A DNA stretch of 64,000 bases from UHGV virus genome UHGV-0036582; one strand, 5' to 3'. Below are positions 9,129 to 19,477 of the stretch, piece by piece. A program made the position numbers and the translations under genes. This stretch comes from a virus. Each line of letters opens with the position of its first letter. Positions within the stretch are counted from its first letter, which is position 1. The notes below the pieces were generated by a model. The model made no database searches. It was not told where the DNA came from and saw only the letters and a list, made by a program, of their open reading frames with translations.

Positions 9129-9152
9129 TCGGTCTGGGAGCTTATTTAAAGA

Positions 9153-9207
9153 CCTGCTTCTGTATATATAAATAATAAGTAACTTATTAAATATATACGG
9201 AAGCAGG
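9153..9207. repeat. 55-bp near-perfect palindromic element, copy 1
   Basis: CCTGCTTCTGTATATATAAATAATAAGTAACTTATTAAATATATACGGAAGCAGG, nested inside outer arms GGTCTGGG 9131-9138 / CCCAGACC 9222-9229; second copy at 40508-40562. Confidence 0.7.
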
Positions 9208-9270
9208 CTTAATAAGACATGCCCAGACCTAATTAAACAACCCAGAAAACAAGTTGGTTAGAAAATGCAG

Positions 9271-9286
9271 TAAACAAGTTGTTTTA
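9271..9286. promoter_or_regulatory. palindromic operator-like site TAAACAAGTTGTTTTA upstream of terS
   Basis: AAACAA-G-TTGTTT dyad; imperfect second copy at 9245-9259; further palindrome GAGCGC-ATGGAC-GCGCTC at 9287-9304. Confidence 0.45.
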
Positions 9287-9324
9287 GAGCGCATGGACGC
9301 GCTCTGTGTGTTTTAGAGGGATCT

Positions 9325-9957
9325 ATGACGGTCGAAAAAGACGAGGTAAAAACTCGCCTGACACCAGCGGAGTGGGCCGAAGCTGAAGCCAAATGGACGT
9401 CAGGCGAATATACACTCTCAAAGCTGGAGGAAGAGTACGGCATTCGTCGTGAAACACTCTCCAGACATTTCAAAAAGCGAGGATTAGAGAAAGGCGCGGA
9501 CTCTGTTGGGAAGATGGTTCGTGAGTCTCTTAAATCTGACGCAGAGCTTCGCGCTAAAGCCCGTGCGGAAAAGATAGAAGAACGTCGTACACGTTATGAC
9601 GGCTGGGCGTATGCGTTGGGGCAGATGGTGATGGTCGAAGTCACTACGGCCAAACGTGAGGGTAAGCCTTTAGGGGCGATTGAGGATTCTCTCAAGAGCT
9701 TACAGAGAGCCAGTAATACCCTTGCAAAATGCTTTGAAGTTTCGTCCAAAGCATTGGGCATGGATCATGCGGAAAATGACGAGGAAGAAATTCCGAACCT
9801 GGTATTTGGTGAGCTTACGCCTTCCCAGGTGGCGAAATTACGTCAGGAAGACGACGAGCCTGAAATCATCGATGACGAATTGCTTGAGACGTTGGAAGAA
9901 GAAGCTCTAAGCGAATTTGATGCGACAGATGATGGAAGTGAAGGGGAGGACGAATAA
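9325..9957 (+). CDS. terS: terminase small subunit
   Basis: Directly upstream of terL with stop/start overlap; N-terminal HTH-like segment and acidic C-terminus. Confidence 0.55.
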   Translation: MTVEKDEVKTRLTPAEWAEAEAKWTSGEYTLSKLEEEYGIRRETLSRHFKKRGLEKGADSVGKMVRESLKSDAELRAKARAEKIEERRTRYDGWAYALGQMVMVEVTTAKREGKPLGAIEDSLKSLQRASNTLAKCFEVSSKALGMDHAENDEEEIPNLVFGELTPSQVAKLRQEDDEPEIIDDELLETLEEEALSEFDATDDGSEGEDE

Positions 9958-11213
9958 TGGCAATCCCGTCCTCGCTCAGTCTTGTGCAACTGCATTCTGG
10001 ACAGATGAAAGTCTTCCAGTCTCCGCATCGATTTAAAGTTGTTTGTGCTGGTCGACGCTGGGGAAAATCCCGGTTGTCGATCTCCACTATTATTCGTGCG
10101 GCGGCAAAGGAAAAAAAGCAAAGGGTCTGGTATGTCGCTCCTACTTACCAGATGGCTCGCCAGATTTTGTGGGACGATCTACAGGAAGTTCTGCCTCGTA
10201 AGTGGGTTAGGAAAAAGAACGACACCACGATGACAATCGTGTTGAAGAACGGTTCGGAGATCGCCCTCAAAGGTGCTGATAAGCCTGACACTCTGCGCGG
10301 CGTAGCGTTGCATTTTGTAGTGCTTGATGAATTTCAGGATATGAAGGCTGACACCTGGTACAAGGTGTTACGACCTACTCTTTCATCGACACGCGGCGGT
10401 GCACTGATCATTGGTACGCCAAAAGGTTTCTCGGAATTTCACAAACTGTGGACTATAGGCCAGAACGTAGAGCTGCAAAGAAAGGGACAGTGGAAGAGCT
10501 GGCAGTTTGTAACTGCCGATTCTCCGTTTGTGCCTACGGCGGAAATTGAAGCTGCTAAGAACGATATGGACCCGAAATCGTTCGCTCAGGAGTACCTGGC
10601 GAGCTTTGAGAACATGTCCGGGCGCGTTTACTACCCGTTCGATCGTAACGTGCATGTAAAACCGCTTCAGTTCAACCCTCGGTTGCCTATATGGGTAGGG
10701 CAGGACTTCAACATTGACCCGATGTCTTCAGTAATTTTGCAACCTCAGCCAAATGGTGAGCTATGGGCAATTGATGAATTGGTGCTCTTTTCCTCTAACA
10801 CGGCAGAGGTTTGTGATGAGCTTGAGAGACGCTTCTGGCGCTGGAAATCACAGATAACGGTATTTCCAGATCCGGCAGGTGCTTATCGCCAACATGCTCG
10901 CGGGGAGTCTGACGTCGACATATTCAAAGAGAAGGGATTCTTACGTGTCGATTATTCGAAAAAGCACCCGCCAATTGCGGATCGTGTTAATGCTGTTAAC
11001 CGAATGCTGATGACCGCATCTGGAGATATCCGGTTGTATATCGATCCGAAGTGCAAGCATTTGATTGATTCACTGGAAAAAGTCATCTACAAGCCTGGAA
11101 CACGAGATATGGATAAGACAGGTGGCATTGAGCATAGTGCAGACGCATTGGGCTATCCAGTACATCGTAGGTATCCAGTCAAAAACCGTGTTATTCTTGG
11201 TGGTTCTCGATAG
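9957..11213 (+). CDS. terL: terminase large subunit
   Basis: Walker A VVCAGRRWGKS, Walker B VVLDEFQD, C-terminal nuclease-like region; followed by portal gene. Confidence 0.85.
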   Translation: MAIPSSLSLVQLHSGQMKVFQSPHRFKVVCAGRRWGKSRLSISTIIRAAAKEKKQRVWYVAPTYQMARQILWDDLQEVLPRKWVRKKNDTTMTIVLKNGSEIALKGADKPDTLRGVALHFVVLDEFQDMKADTWYKVLRPTLSSTRGGALIIGTPKGFSEFHKLWTIGQNVELQRKGQWKSWQFVTADSPFVPTAEIEAAKNDMDPKSFAQEYLASFENMSGRVYYPFDRNVHVKPLQFNPRLPIWVGQDFNIDPMSSVILQPQPNGELWAIDELVLFSSNTAEVCDELERRFWRWKSQITVFPDPAGAYRQHARGESDVDIFKEKGFLRVDYSKKHPPIADRVNAVNRMLMTASGDIRLYIDPKCKHLIDSLEKVIYKPGTRDMDKTGGIEHSADALGYPVHRRYPVKNRVILGGSR

Positions 11214-11239
11214 GTAAGTAATTATCTAAGGTTATTCAA

Positions 11240-12814
11240 ATGGAATTGAACGACAAACAAATTAAGGATCTGGTGGCGCGACGCCACCCGGAATACGAAA
11301 AGAAAAAAGAACATTGGGACTTCCTCGCCAGCACTTACGCTGGCGGGCGTGGTTGGTTTACAGACAATATCTTTCGTTACTTTAAAGAGGGAGATCAGGA
11401 GTTTAAGGAGCGAGTTGAGCGTGCTTATCGCTTCAACCACACTCGTGAGGTGGTAAACCTCATCAACAAATATCTCTTTAAAGAAGACATTCATAGAAAT
11501 ATCGAAGAGGCACCAGAGCAGATCCGCAATTTCTGGAAACGTGCGACTCGCCAGAATGCCTCTATTGACTCATTTATGGCCGCTATTGATTTGCAGTCGT
11601 CTATTTACGGTCGCATATGGGTTGTTGTCGATAGCACGATGAGTGGTGATGTTGAGTCAGTAGCTGACGAGAAAAAGAAAGATGCTCGCGCCTACGCCTA
11701 CTGGATTTCACCTCAGCAAATGCTGGATGTGACATGGGACGACGACGGGAATATGTTGTGGGCGTTAATTGTGGAAGTCGCTCGTGATGACGCAGATCCT
11801 TTTACTTCTACAGGTCAGGAATACCAACGTTATCGTCTGTGGACACAAAACGAGTGGTATCTGTTCCGTGAGGAAGTGAAGAAGGGCGCTGGTGGAGCAG
11901 GTCGCCGTCAGGCAAAAGTTATTTTAGAGGATAGCGGTGAGCATAATCTCGGCGTAGTTCCTGTGTTTCCTGTTGATTGTATTGGAGAAAGTGAATCACC
12001 GTATTTCAGCCCATCGTTGATCGATGATATCGCTTATCTTGATCGTGCGGTTGCAAACTATCTGTCAAACCTTGATGCCATTATTCAGGATCAGACATTT
12101 AGCCAGTTGGCTATACCGGTACAGTCGCTTTTACCTGGTGATGAAAACCACACTAAAGTGCTTGAAATGGGCACAAAGCGAGTCTTCACCTACGATTCTG
12201 AAGGTGGAAACCAGCCGTTTTATCTGTCACCAGACCCGAAACAAGCTCAGATGATCATCACTACGATTAAGACGGTGATTAACGAAATCTACCATTCAGT
12301 TGGTGTAGCTGGTGAGCGAACGAAGCAGGACAACGCACAGGGAATCGATAATTCATCTGGTGCCGCAAAAATGTATGACTTCCAGCGTGTAAATAGCTTG
12401 CTTGTCACAAAAGCAGAGCGTCTGGAAAGGGCTGAACGCCAAATCATGCTACTGGTTGCGAAATGGATGGGGGTAGATCTGGACGAAGACCACTCTTTAA
12501 TTGCGTATCCAGAAAGTTTCGATATTCGTGGCCTTACTGATGAATTTTCTGTTGCCGAGAAACTGTCATTACTTCAGGCACCGGACTCTGTACGTCGTCA
12601 CCAGATGGAAATGCTTATTGAGAAGATTTTCCCGAACATTACTGAGGCGATGAAAAAGGAATTTGATAAAGATCTCTTGAATTTTCCTCCAAAAAATGAT
12701 CTAAATACCCTTGAAAATAAGTCAGTACTTACTTATGATCGTGGTGCAGCCCAAGAAAGCGGGCAAGATCAACCCCGAGGGAATGGGGACTCATCTACTC
12801 AAGAGAACGAGTGA
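11240..12814 (+). CDS. portal protein
   Basis: 524-aa ORF immediately after terL; size and position typical of portal. Confidence 0.7.
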   Translation: MELNDKQIKDLVARRHPEYEKKKEHWDFLASTYAGGRGWFTDNIFRYFKEGDQEFKERVERAYRFNHTREVVNLINKYLFKEDIHRNIEEAPEQIRNFWKRATRQNASIDSFMAAIDLQSSIYGRIWVVVDSTMSGDVESVADEKKKDARAYAYWISPQQMLDVTWDDDGNMLWALIVEVARDDADPFTSTGQEYQRYRLWTQNEWYLFREEVKKGAGGAGRRQAKVILEDSGEHNLGVVPVFPVDCIGESESPYFSPSLIDDIAYLDRAVANYLSNLDAIIQDQTFSQLAIPVQSLLPGDENHTKVLEMGTKRVFTYDSEGGNQPFYLSPDPKQAQMIITTIKTVINEIYHSVGVAGERTKQDNAQGIDNSSGAAKMYDFQRVNSLLVTKAERLERAERQIMLLVAKWMGVDLDEDHSLIAYPESFDIRGLTDEFSVAEKLSLLQAPDSVRRHQMEMLIEKIFPNITEAMKKEFDKDLLNFPPKNDLNTLENKSVLTYDRGAAQESGQDQPRGNGDSSTQENE

Positions 12815-12835
12815 TAAGTAACAAAAGGAATTTTT

Positions 12836-13723
12836 ATGAATCTGTGGCAAATGCTTTTGGCCCGTCGTGGTCTGATGGATGTCGCTGAAGCGCATGAGCG
12901 TGGAGGCGCTGGCGGTGTAGCTGCTGATAATGAGCAGAGTACACAAGATCCTGACAAACAGGGTGAACAAAAAGAGCAGCCGAAGGGCGATGACGAATAC
13001 GCTGGCATGACTCAGGAAGAGTTACTGGCCGAACTTCGTAAAACCAAGAAAGCTGGTGCTGAACTGCTGAAGGAGAACATGAAGCGCAAAGAGAAAGAGC
13101 GCACATTGGCCGATCAGCTTGCTCAGTACGGTGATATCGATCCGGCTCGTGCTCGCCAGCTTTTAGAAGCTGAACAGGCCGCAGAAAACGCACGTCGTGA
13201 GGCGGAGCAAGCTGAACTGGAGCGTCGTGGTGAGTTCGATGCTGTTAAAAAACAGATGATCGAAGCACACCAGGCAGAGCTGGCACAGCGTGACGAACGT
13301 TATGCAGCACTGGAAAGTGAAAACGCATCACTGAAATCTCAATTAGTCGAGATGACCGTGGGCGCGTCCTTCAGTAACTCTCTCTTCCTACGTGACAAAG
13401 TTCTGATGACCCCGGCAAAAGCCCGCGTGATCTACGGTTCTCATTTTGAAGTGGGTGAAGACGGTAGCGTAGTGGGTTATGACAAACCGGCAGGTCATAA
13501 AGAACGAGCTGTTCTGGTTGACGGTGAAGGTAAGCCGTTGCCGTTTGAATCCGCGATTGAACGCATTGTGCGGGCAGATCCGGAAGCTGACGCATTGATG
13601 CGTAGCGAAGCCAAGCAGGGTGTAGGCTCACATTCCAAATCGACCTACACAATATCCCAACCGAAGAACAAGTCGACTATGGATAAGTTGGCCTCCGGTC
13701 TGGGGAAAATTGGACTTAAGTAA
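12836..13723 (+). CDS. scaffolding protein
   Basis: Charged alpha-helical/coiled-coil rich, between portal and capsid genes. Confidence 0.5.
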   Translation: MNLWQMLLARRGLMDVAEAHERGGAGGVAADNEQSTQDPDKQGEQKEQPKGDDEYAGMTQEELLAELRKTKKAGAELLKENMKRKEKERTLADQLAQYGDIDPARARQLLEAEQAAENARREAEQAELERRGEFDAVKKQMIEAHQAELAQRDERYAALESENASLKSQLVEMTVGASFSNSLFLRDKVLMTPAKARVIYGSHFEVGEDGSVVGYDKPAGHKERAVLVDGEGKPLPFESAIERIVRADPEADALMRSEAKQGVGSHSKSTYTISQPKNKSTMDKLASGLGKIGLK

Positions 13724-13748
13724 CATCTAAATCAAAGGGAATTGATAG

Positions 13749-14624
13749 ATGCCATTACTGCGTGAAGAAGCTGAAAAGCTGTCTAACAACGAACTTGAAC
13801 AGGGTGTGATCGAAACTATCATCGATCGCGATGACCTGTTTGCCATCCTGCCTTTTATGAAAATTAATTCAAAGGCATATCTGTACAACCGTGAAAAAAC
13901 GCTGAGTGAAGCTACCTTCATCGACGTTAACGACACCATCCCTGAAGGTGCAGCAACCTTCGAAGAATGCGTTGCGAAACTGCGTATTCTGGCTGGTGAC
14001 GTAGACGTTGATAAATTCCTGGCGACCACTATGGCCGACACCAACAACCAGTTGGCTATTCAGGTTCGTCAGAAAGTTAAAGGTCTGGCTCGTGCGTTCC
14101 GTCGCAACCTGATTTTGGGTGACTCCAGCTCCAACAACAAGGCGTTTGACGGCATTCCACGCCTGATGCACGCAGATCAGAAGATCGATATCGCCGGTGC
14201 ATCTATGACTTTCTCTATGTTCGACGAACTGGTCGATGCGGTGAAAGATCTTGGTGCTGACTGCATCATGATGCGTTCAGAGCACCTGCGTGCTTACCGT
14301 GCGCTGCTGCGTACAGTAAACGTAGGTCCGTCTGAAATCATGATGGAGAACTTCGGTCGTCCGATGCTGTGTCATAACGGCGTTCCGTTCATCATCAACG
14401 ACTTCATCCCGACCGATTCTGGCAAAGCAAGCATCTACTGCCTGCATCTGTCAGAAGAGAACGGCGTTACTGGTCTGTATGGCGGCGACAACGCAGGTAT
14501 CGTTGTTGAAAACATTGGTACTGTACAGAACAAAGACGCAGTACGTACCCGTGTGAAGTGGTACTGCTCTCTGGCGAATAAGCACGATAAGGCTATCGCT
14601 GCACTGACCAATGTAAAAATTTAA
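13749..14624 (+). CDS. major capsid protein
   Basis: 291-aa ORF after scaffold, followed by strong terminator 14659-14684. Confidence 0.65.
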   Translation: MPLLREEAEKLSNNELEQGVIETIIDRDDLFAILPFMKINSKAYLYNREKTLSEATFIDVNDTIPEGAATFEECVAKLRILAGDVDVDKFLATTMADTNNQLAIQVRQKVKGLARAFRRNLILGDSSSNNKAFDGIPRLMHADQKIDIAGASMTFSMFDELVDAVKDLGADCIMMRSEHLRAYRALLRTVNVGPSEIMMENFGRPMLCHNGVPFIINDFIPTDSGKASIYCLHLSEENGVTGLYGGDNAGIVVENIGTVQNKDAVRTRVKWYCSLANKHDKAIAALTNVKI

Positions 14625-14658
14625 TCAGTGTAGTAGATAAGTAGTTATCTATGTTAAA

Positions 14659-14684
14659 GGGTGGGCTATACGCCCACCCTTTTT
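14659..14684 (+). terminator. intrinsic terminator after capsid gene
   Basis: GGGTGGGC-TATAC-GCCCACCC followed by TTTTTG. Confidence 0.8.
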
Positions 14685-14697
14685 GTAGGAGCGAGAA

Positions 14698-15618
14698 ATG
14701 CCAGAACAAAAGATGAAGATTACGGAAGAGGCATTTTCGGATTTTACGGGGCATATGTGCCGTGCCGGATTTACCAATTCTATCTCCGATGAACCTTTAA
14801 CCGAGCGGCAACAAAGTCAGCTATCTGCTTGTTTGCAGGCGGTTCCCCTCTCCCAATCCGTAAACATAACCCCGGCTTCACCGTCAGTTTTGGTTGGGAA
14901 AACTGTTCAACTTAGTGCAGGTATTAGTATGGGTAAGAGTGCCAGTTCATTCACCTGGAAGTCAGCCAATGACCAAATTGCAACCGTTAACGGCACTGGA
15001 TTAGTAACTGGCGTAGCCCCAGGCAAAGTAAAAATTACTGCAACTGATCAGGAAACCCAGCTTTCCGCTTCAGTGGAAGTCACCGTAAATCCGGTAGCCG
15101 TTCAATCCGTAACGGTAACGCCAGACTCAACCTCTGTTGAGAAAGGAAAATCAGTCAGTCTGAAAGCGAATGTTCAGCCGTCAAATGCGACGAATAAGGC
15201 TGTTACTTGGTCTTCCAAAAATGAAGATAAGGCAACGGTAGACCAGAGCGGGAACGTAACTGGTGTAGAAGTTGGCACTGCGACGATTGAGATCGTTTCC
15301 CAAGATGGTAGCAAAAAGGCAACTGCAACGGTGGAAGTAACTGCGCCTGTTGTGGCTGTTACCGGCGTCGAAATCGACCCAAATAGCACAACCGTTGAGG
15401 CAAACAAAACTGTTCAGCTGACAGCAAATGTCGAGCCGGCAGGAGCCACAAATAAAACCGTTACTTGGGAATCTAAAAATACCGAGTTTGCAACGGTTGA
15501 CAGCGAAACCGGTGTTGTAACTGGTGTTGCGGCTGGTACTGCCACAATCGAGGTTACTACCCAAGATGGTAGCCACAAAGCGACAGCGACCGTAGAAGTC
15601 ACTGCTGCACAGGAATAA
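14698..15618 (+). CDS. Ig-like (Big_2-type) domain protein, probable capsid decoration
   Basis: Three to four tandem ~80-aa repeats of the Big_2 pattern (VTVTPDSTSVEKGKSVSL...TATIEIVSQDGSKKATATVEVT). Confidence 0.65.
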   Translation: MPEQKMKITEEAFSDFTGHMCRAGFTNSISDEPLTERQQSQLSACLQAVPLSQSVNITPASPSVLVGKTVQLSAGISMGKSASSFTWKSANDQIATVNGTGLVTGVAPGKVKITATDQETQLSASVEVTVNPVAVQSVTVTPDSTSVEKGKSVSLKANVQPSNATNKAVTWSSKNEDKATVDQSGNVTGVEVGTATIEIVSQDGSKKATATVEVTAPVVAVTGVEIDPNSTTVEANKTVQLTANVEPAGATNKTVTWESKNTEFATVDSETGVVTGVAAGTATIEVTTQDGSHKATATVEVTAAQE

Positions 15619-15662
15619 TCAATATTGGGCGGCGAAAGCCGCCCATGTAGAGAGAATGCGTT

Positions 15663-16097
15663 ATGAAACCAGCAAAAATTGTTTTATTAGAACCGCAATT
15701 TTCCGGTTATTCGGGAATGTTGTGCGGCGTTCAGTTCGAGAACGGGGTGTCCGTAGCGGAGTTGCCTTTTATCGATCAGCAAAGGATTTGTGCCTCAATG
15801 CGAGCATCAACAGTCGAGGGCAAAAATGTTTCTCCGTCTGCCGCATACAGTGATCGTGGCGAGTTGACCGCAGACCTGATTACCGAGCCAGCAGCACCTG
15901 ACATTGTGCCAATGAAACGTGGGACACCAGATGAACCGGCCAAACAGATCCAGACTTTCACACGAGAAGAGCTGGAGTCAATTGCAGACAACGAAGGTAT
16001 TGCCGGTCTACGAGTTATTGGTAATCAGGTTGGTGTCAAAGCGAAAGGAATTGTCGAAATGATTGACGGCATCCTGAAAGCACAAGGCGGTGAGTAA
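15663..16097 (+). CDS. hypothetical virion protein
   Basis: 144-aa ORF in head morphogenesis block. Confidence 0.35.
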   Translation: MKPAKIVLLEPQFSGYSGMLCGVQFENGVSVAELPFIDQQRICASMRASTVEGKNVSPSAAYSDRGELTADLITEPAAPDIVPMKRGTPDEPAKQIQTFTREELESIADNEGIAGLRVIGNQVGVKAKGIVEMIDGILKAQGGE

Positions 16098-16930
16098 TGG
16101 CGCAGATCGACTCGTATCGTAGCGGTGAAGCTGTTTCTCTTTCATTTGCCTTCAACGTGCTGGATATCGAATCTGCCACCTACACAGTAAAGGACAGCAC
16201 CGGGGCTATTCTCGTTGATGGCGAGCCGCTAGAAATTACCATCGGTCAAATGTCGATTCCGGTTGTCGTGTCGGCTGAATATAACCAGCTCTCTGAGAAA
16301 GAGCGAGATCTGCGGTACGTCATTGTGAAGGCTGTTGCATCGGGTCTGACGCATGAAGAGCGGCAAATGTATGTTCTGCTGAATAGTTTTGAACTGTCGA
16401 TACCAGAACAGTCGTTTGCAACTGTCGCTGATGCTCAAATGCAGGCGATCGATATGCTGAATGGGGACACTTTGCTGTCGGATGGTGAAGGCTTAATGCG
16501 CAAGCGTCTCATTGAGGCTACCAGACGAATTAAAACTTTACCGTTCTCAATCCGCAAAATTCTACGTATCGACTTTGACCGATACGATCGCCCTCAAAAT
16601 ATGCTGAATGTGTATGACATTCCGTGGGGAGCAGATGGAGCGTACCGGCATGATTTAGTCGATTGGGAAAAGATGACGCAGGAGAAGTTTGAAGAGTTCC
16701 CTGACTACTTCAAAGAAGCGTTGATGCTTGCCGTTGTCAACGAAGCGTGTGAGATCGCAAATGGCAATGATGTAGCCGCAGCACGAGAGGATGGCATTTT
16801 GTCAGAGTCCATCGGTGAAACAACCAACATGTACCGTACCGGTAAAGCTGCAAACGTGCATGTGGCTCGTAGTACCTGGCGCTTGCTGGTCAGTTACATC
16901 AACAACCGTATGATTGTTCGCCGTGCGTAA
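16097..16930 (+). CDS. hypothetical head-tail joining protein
   Basis: 277-aa ORF, start overlaps upstream stop. Confidence 0.35.
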   Translation: MAQIDSYRSGEAVSLSFAFNVLDIESATYTVKDSTGAILVDGEPLEITIGQMSIPVVVSAEYNQLSEKERDLRYVIVKAVASGLTHEERQMYVLLNSFELSIPEQSFATVADAQMQAIDMLNGDTLLSDGEGLMRKRLIEATRRIKTLPFSIRKILRIDFDRYDRPQNMLNVYDIPWGADGAYRHDLVDWEKMTQEKFEEFPDYFKEALMLAVVNEACEIANGNDVAAAREDGILSESIGETTNMYRTGKAANVHVARSTWRLLVSYINNRMIVRRA

Positions 16931-17009
16931 CGCCAGTCGCATTATTTACTTTTGGTCGAAAGGGTTTTTGGCCAGTAATGAGAGCGACCGACAACAACAG
17001 GGAGAGAGC

Positions 17010-17354
17010 ATGAATATTTCATGGCAAACAGAAATTGCGATCTACCGCTTTGGCGCAAAGAACGTATACGGCGAGGCGCAATTACAATTCGTCAGGAAGA
17101 CGAATGTCGGCGTGGTTAAGTTCGAACAGAGTAATGAGAAATCGTCAGTTCGTGCTGATAGCTCTGGTAGTCGTGGTAAGGCGAGTCTGGAGCTGTTTGA
17201 TGCTGTGTTAGTTGTCCCTTTAGAAGCGGCTGTACAACTTGATGATGTGCTGATCCTTGAAGGTCAAAAATTAAAGGTGTCCAGTGTTCATCGCCGCTGG
17301 GGGCTACGAGGAAGACCTGGGCATCTTGAAGTGGGGGCGAATATATGGGTCTGA
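17010..17354 (+). CDS. hypothetical head-tail connector protein
   Basis: ATG at 17010 with GGGAGAGAG RBS; track ORF 16914-17354 has an upstream extension. Confidence 0.35.
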   Translation: MNISWQTEIAIYRFGAKNVYGEAQLQFVRKTNVGVVKFEQSNEKSSVRADSSGSRGKASLELFDAVLVVPLEAAVQLDDVLILEGQKLKVSSVHRRWGLRGRPGHLEVGANIWV

Positions 17355-17818
17355 AATACGATGCGCATCAGTTCAAACGTGCGGGGAATAGACTCAATAA
17401 CAGCCAGAAAGCATTTAAGCGATATCTTATTCGGGACATGGAAAAGCTGGCGCGTTTGGTTGAGCGTCTCAGCCGTGCAATGGCCCCGCTGGAAACCGGA
17501 TCTCTGGAGACAGCCATCTTTGCCAGGGTGATTAAAGAAGGTTATTCAGGGCTGCGCATTGAGCTTTCTGTGTCTGGAGCAAAACCACGTCAGGGGCATC
17601 CGGGCGTAGAAGTCGGTGACTATGCTAAGTACATGGAGCTGGGTAAATACCGACTCGGTTATCTTTCTCGAATGAAGAACGTGACAAACCCACCAATTGC
17701 CGGTGTTAAACCTCGTGTTGGGCCACACTTTCTGGAAAGAGCGGTGGAAATTAGCGAGAAGCAGTTCTCAGAAGCGATTCTTGAGGCTGCCAGAAAAGCC
17801 GGTTTTACGAGAGGTTAA
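17345..17818 (+). CDS. hypothetical tail completion protein
   Basis: 157-aa ORF, overlapping start/stop with neighbours. Confidence 0.35.
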   Translation: MGLKYDAHQFKRAGNRLNNSQKAFKRYLIRDMEKLARLVERLSRAMAPLETGSLETAIFARVIKEGYSGLRIELSVSGAKPRQGHPGVEVGDYAKYMELGKYRLGYLSRMKNVTNPPIAGVKPRVGPHFLERAVEISEKQFSEAILEAARKAGFTRG

Positions 17819-17819
17819 T

Positions 17820-18203
17820 GTGTTTATTGAAGCGTTTGCAAGTTTGATGCAGAAGGCAAAGATTGGCACGGTCGGGGCTGACATTTTCTGTCACTACTTG
17901 CCTGCCAATGTGAAATCTGGCGTCCTGCTTATTAACCCAAATACCGGTATCAGCATCGATCATGAGCTACAGGGCTTTTACCACGAATCATTCACAATAA
18001 TTGTGCGTGGTTCGTCAATTACTACGACGGTTGAGAAAGCCAATAAAATCATTGAGATGTTTCCAGTAGAGGAAACGGAATCTGGTGGTGTTTATTTTCG
18101 ACTGGTACGACCGATGGCGATGCCAATCATTTATCCCAAAAATGATGGAGCATTAATAGAAGCAGGCATTCCTGTTGAATTTGCTGGCTATTTATTGAAT
18201 TAA
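17820..18203 (+). CDS. hypothetical tail terminator-like protein
   Basis: In-frame GTG at 17820 with GAGAGG RBS 6 nt upstream, right after the upstream stop; track ORF starts at 17697. Confidence 0.35.
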   Translation: MFIEAFASLMQKAKIGTVGADIFCHYLPANVKSGVLLINPNTGISIDHELQGFYHESFTIIVRGSSITTTVEKANKIIEMFPVEETESGGVYFRLVRPMAMPIIYPKNDGALIEAGIPVEFAGYLLN

Positions 18204-18277
18204 GTTAATCGGTAAGTATATACTTATTGTTAGCGCAATGAATGCGTAGAATTAACGGAAAAAGGAGTTTTCCATCA

Positions 18278-19024
18278 ATGTCTAATACCCATGTAAAAAA
18301 CATCAAACTTGGTGCCTGTAAGGTGTCGTTTGGTGGTGTGGATTTGGGTTACACCAAAGGTGGTGTTCAGGTTGAAGTAGCCACTGAAACGCTGAAAGTC
18401 ACCGTCGATCAGTTGGGGCAGACCGTAATTTCCGAATTAGTTCAGGGGCGCAACATTACCATCACCGCGCCTCTGGCTGAGTCTGTACTCCAAAACATGG
18501 TTGACCTGATGCCTGGTTCTACTCTGAGCGAAGATGACAACTCTGTCACGATCACATCTGCACAGGGCGTTAATCTGATTGATGTGGCGAAGGAGCTGGT
18601 TCTGACTCCGCAGGACACCACCGACTATGTGTTGACCATCCCGAAAGCGGCAACCGCGGGCAACTTCACTATGACCTACCAGTCTGATGATGTTCGTGTG
18701 TTCTCTGTTCAGTTCAGCGCATACCCGGATGATGAAGGCGTTCTGGGCAAAATGAGCGGTCCTAAACCGGTAAAAACTGTGTCGATCTCACCGGAATCTC
18801 CAACCGTAAAAGCTGGAGAAACTGTGCAACTGACAGCCGAAATCACTCCAGCTGATGCCGCAGACAAAACCGGTGTTTGGGAATCCGAAGACCAGGAAAA
18901 GGCCACGGTAGATCAAACGGGTCTGGTACGTGGTGTGGCGCAGGGTTCTACAAATATCTCCTTCACCAGCAATAGCGGTGGTAAGAAGGCAACTAAGTCA
19001 GTAACGATTAACTCCGCAGGTTAA
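18278..19024 (+). CDS. major tail protein with C-terminal Ig-like (Big_2) domain
   Basis: ATG 18278 after AAAGGAG RBS; C-terminal VKTVSISPESPTVKAGETVQLTAEITPADA...ATKSVTINS Big_2 pattern; followed by terminator. Confidence 0.7.
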   Translation: MSNTHVKNIKLGACKVSFGGVDLGYTKGGVQVEVATETLKVTVDQLGQTVISELVQGRNITITAPLAESVLQNMVDLMPGSTLSEDDNSVTITSAQGVNLIDVAKELVLTPQDTTDYVLTIPKAATAGNFTMTYQSDDVRVFSVQFSAYPDDEGVLGKMSGPKPVKTVSISPESPTVKAGETVQLTAEITPADAADKTGVWESEDQEKATVDQTGLVRGVAQGSTNISFTSNSGGKKATKSVTINSAG

Positions 19025-19037
19025 TCAGTAATTAAGC

Positions 19038-19064
19038 AGAGGCTCAGGATGAGCCTCTCTTTTA
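19038..19064 (+). terminator. intrinsic terminator after major tail gene
   Basis: AGAGGCTC-AGGAT-GAGCCTCT followed by CTTTTAAAAG. Confidence 0.7.
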
Positions 19065-19079
19065 AAAGGATTTTAACCA

Positions 19080-19397
19080 ATGACCAAATTACTCGATCTC
19101 GATTCCATTCTGCCTCCGAAGAAAAGCATCAAATTTGGCGGTCAGGAATATCCCATCGTTGAAATGACGGTAGGTCTGTTCGTTTCCATCAAGCAGATGG
19201 AAGGCAAAGATCTCATGAACATGTCTCCTGTTGAGCAAGTGACAGCTTATGCAGATCTGGTTCGTAAGGTTATCCCTTCAGTACCTGACGAAGTTCTTGA
19301 AAAACTGACTGTTCAGCAACTCCAGCAGATCTTCACCTTCGCTATGGAAGTGATTGATGAAGAAAACGAAAAAGCGGCTGGCGAAGGGGCAAAGTAA
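19080..19397 (+). CDS. tail assembly chaperone (G-like)
   Basis: 105-aa acidic ORF between major tail and tape measure genes. Confidence 0.6.
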   Translation: MTKLLDLDSILPPKKSIKFGGQEYPIVEMTVGLFVSIKQMEGKDLMNMSPVEQVTAYADLVRKVIPSVPDEVLEKLTVQQLQQIFTFAMEVIDEENEKAAGEGAK

Positions 19398-19477
19398 TTT
19401 CCCGCGATGAATCCGGGACAAGGACCGTCTCAATAGATCTCGGATTCTATTTCAGTCGTGTAGTTGCTCACTACGCC

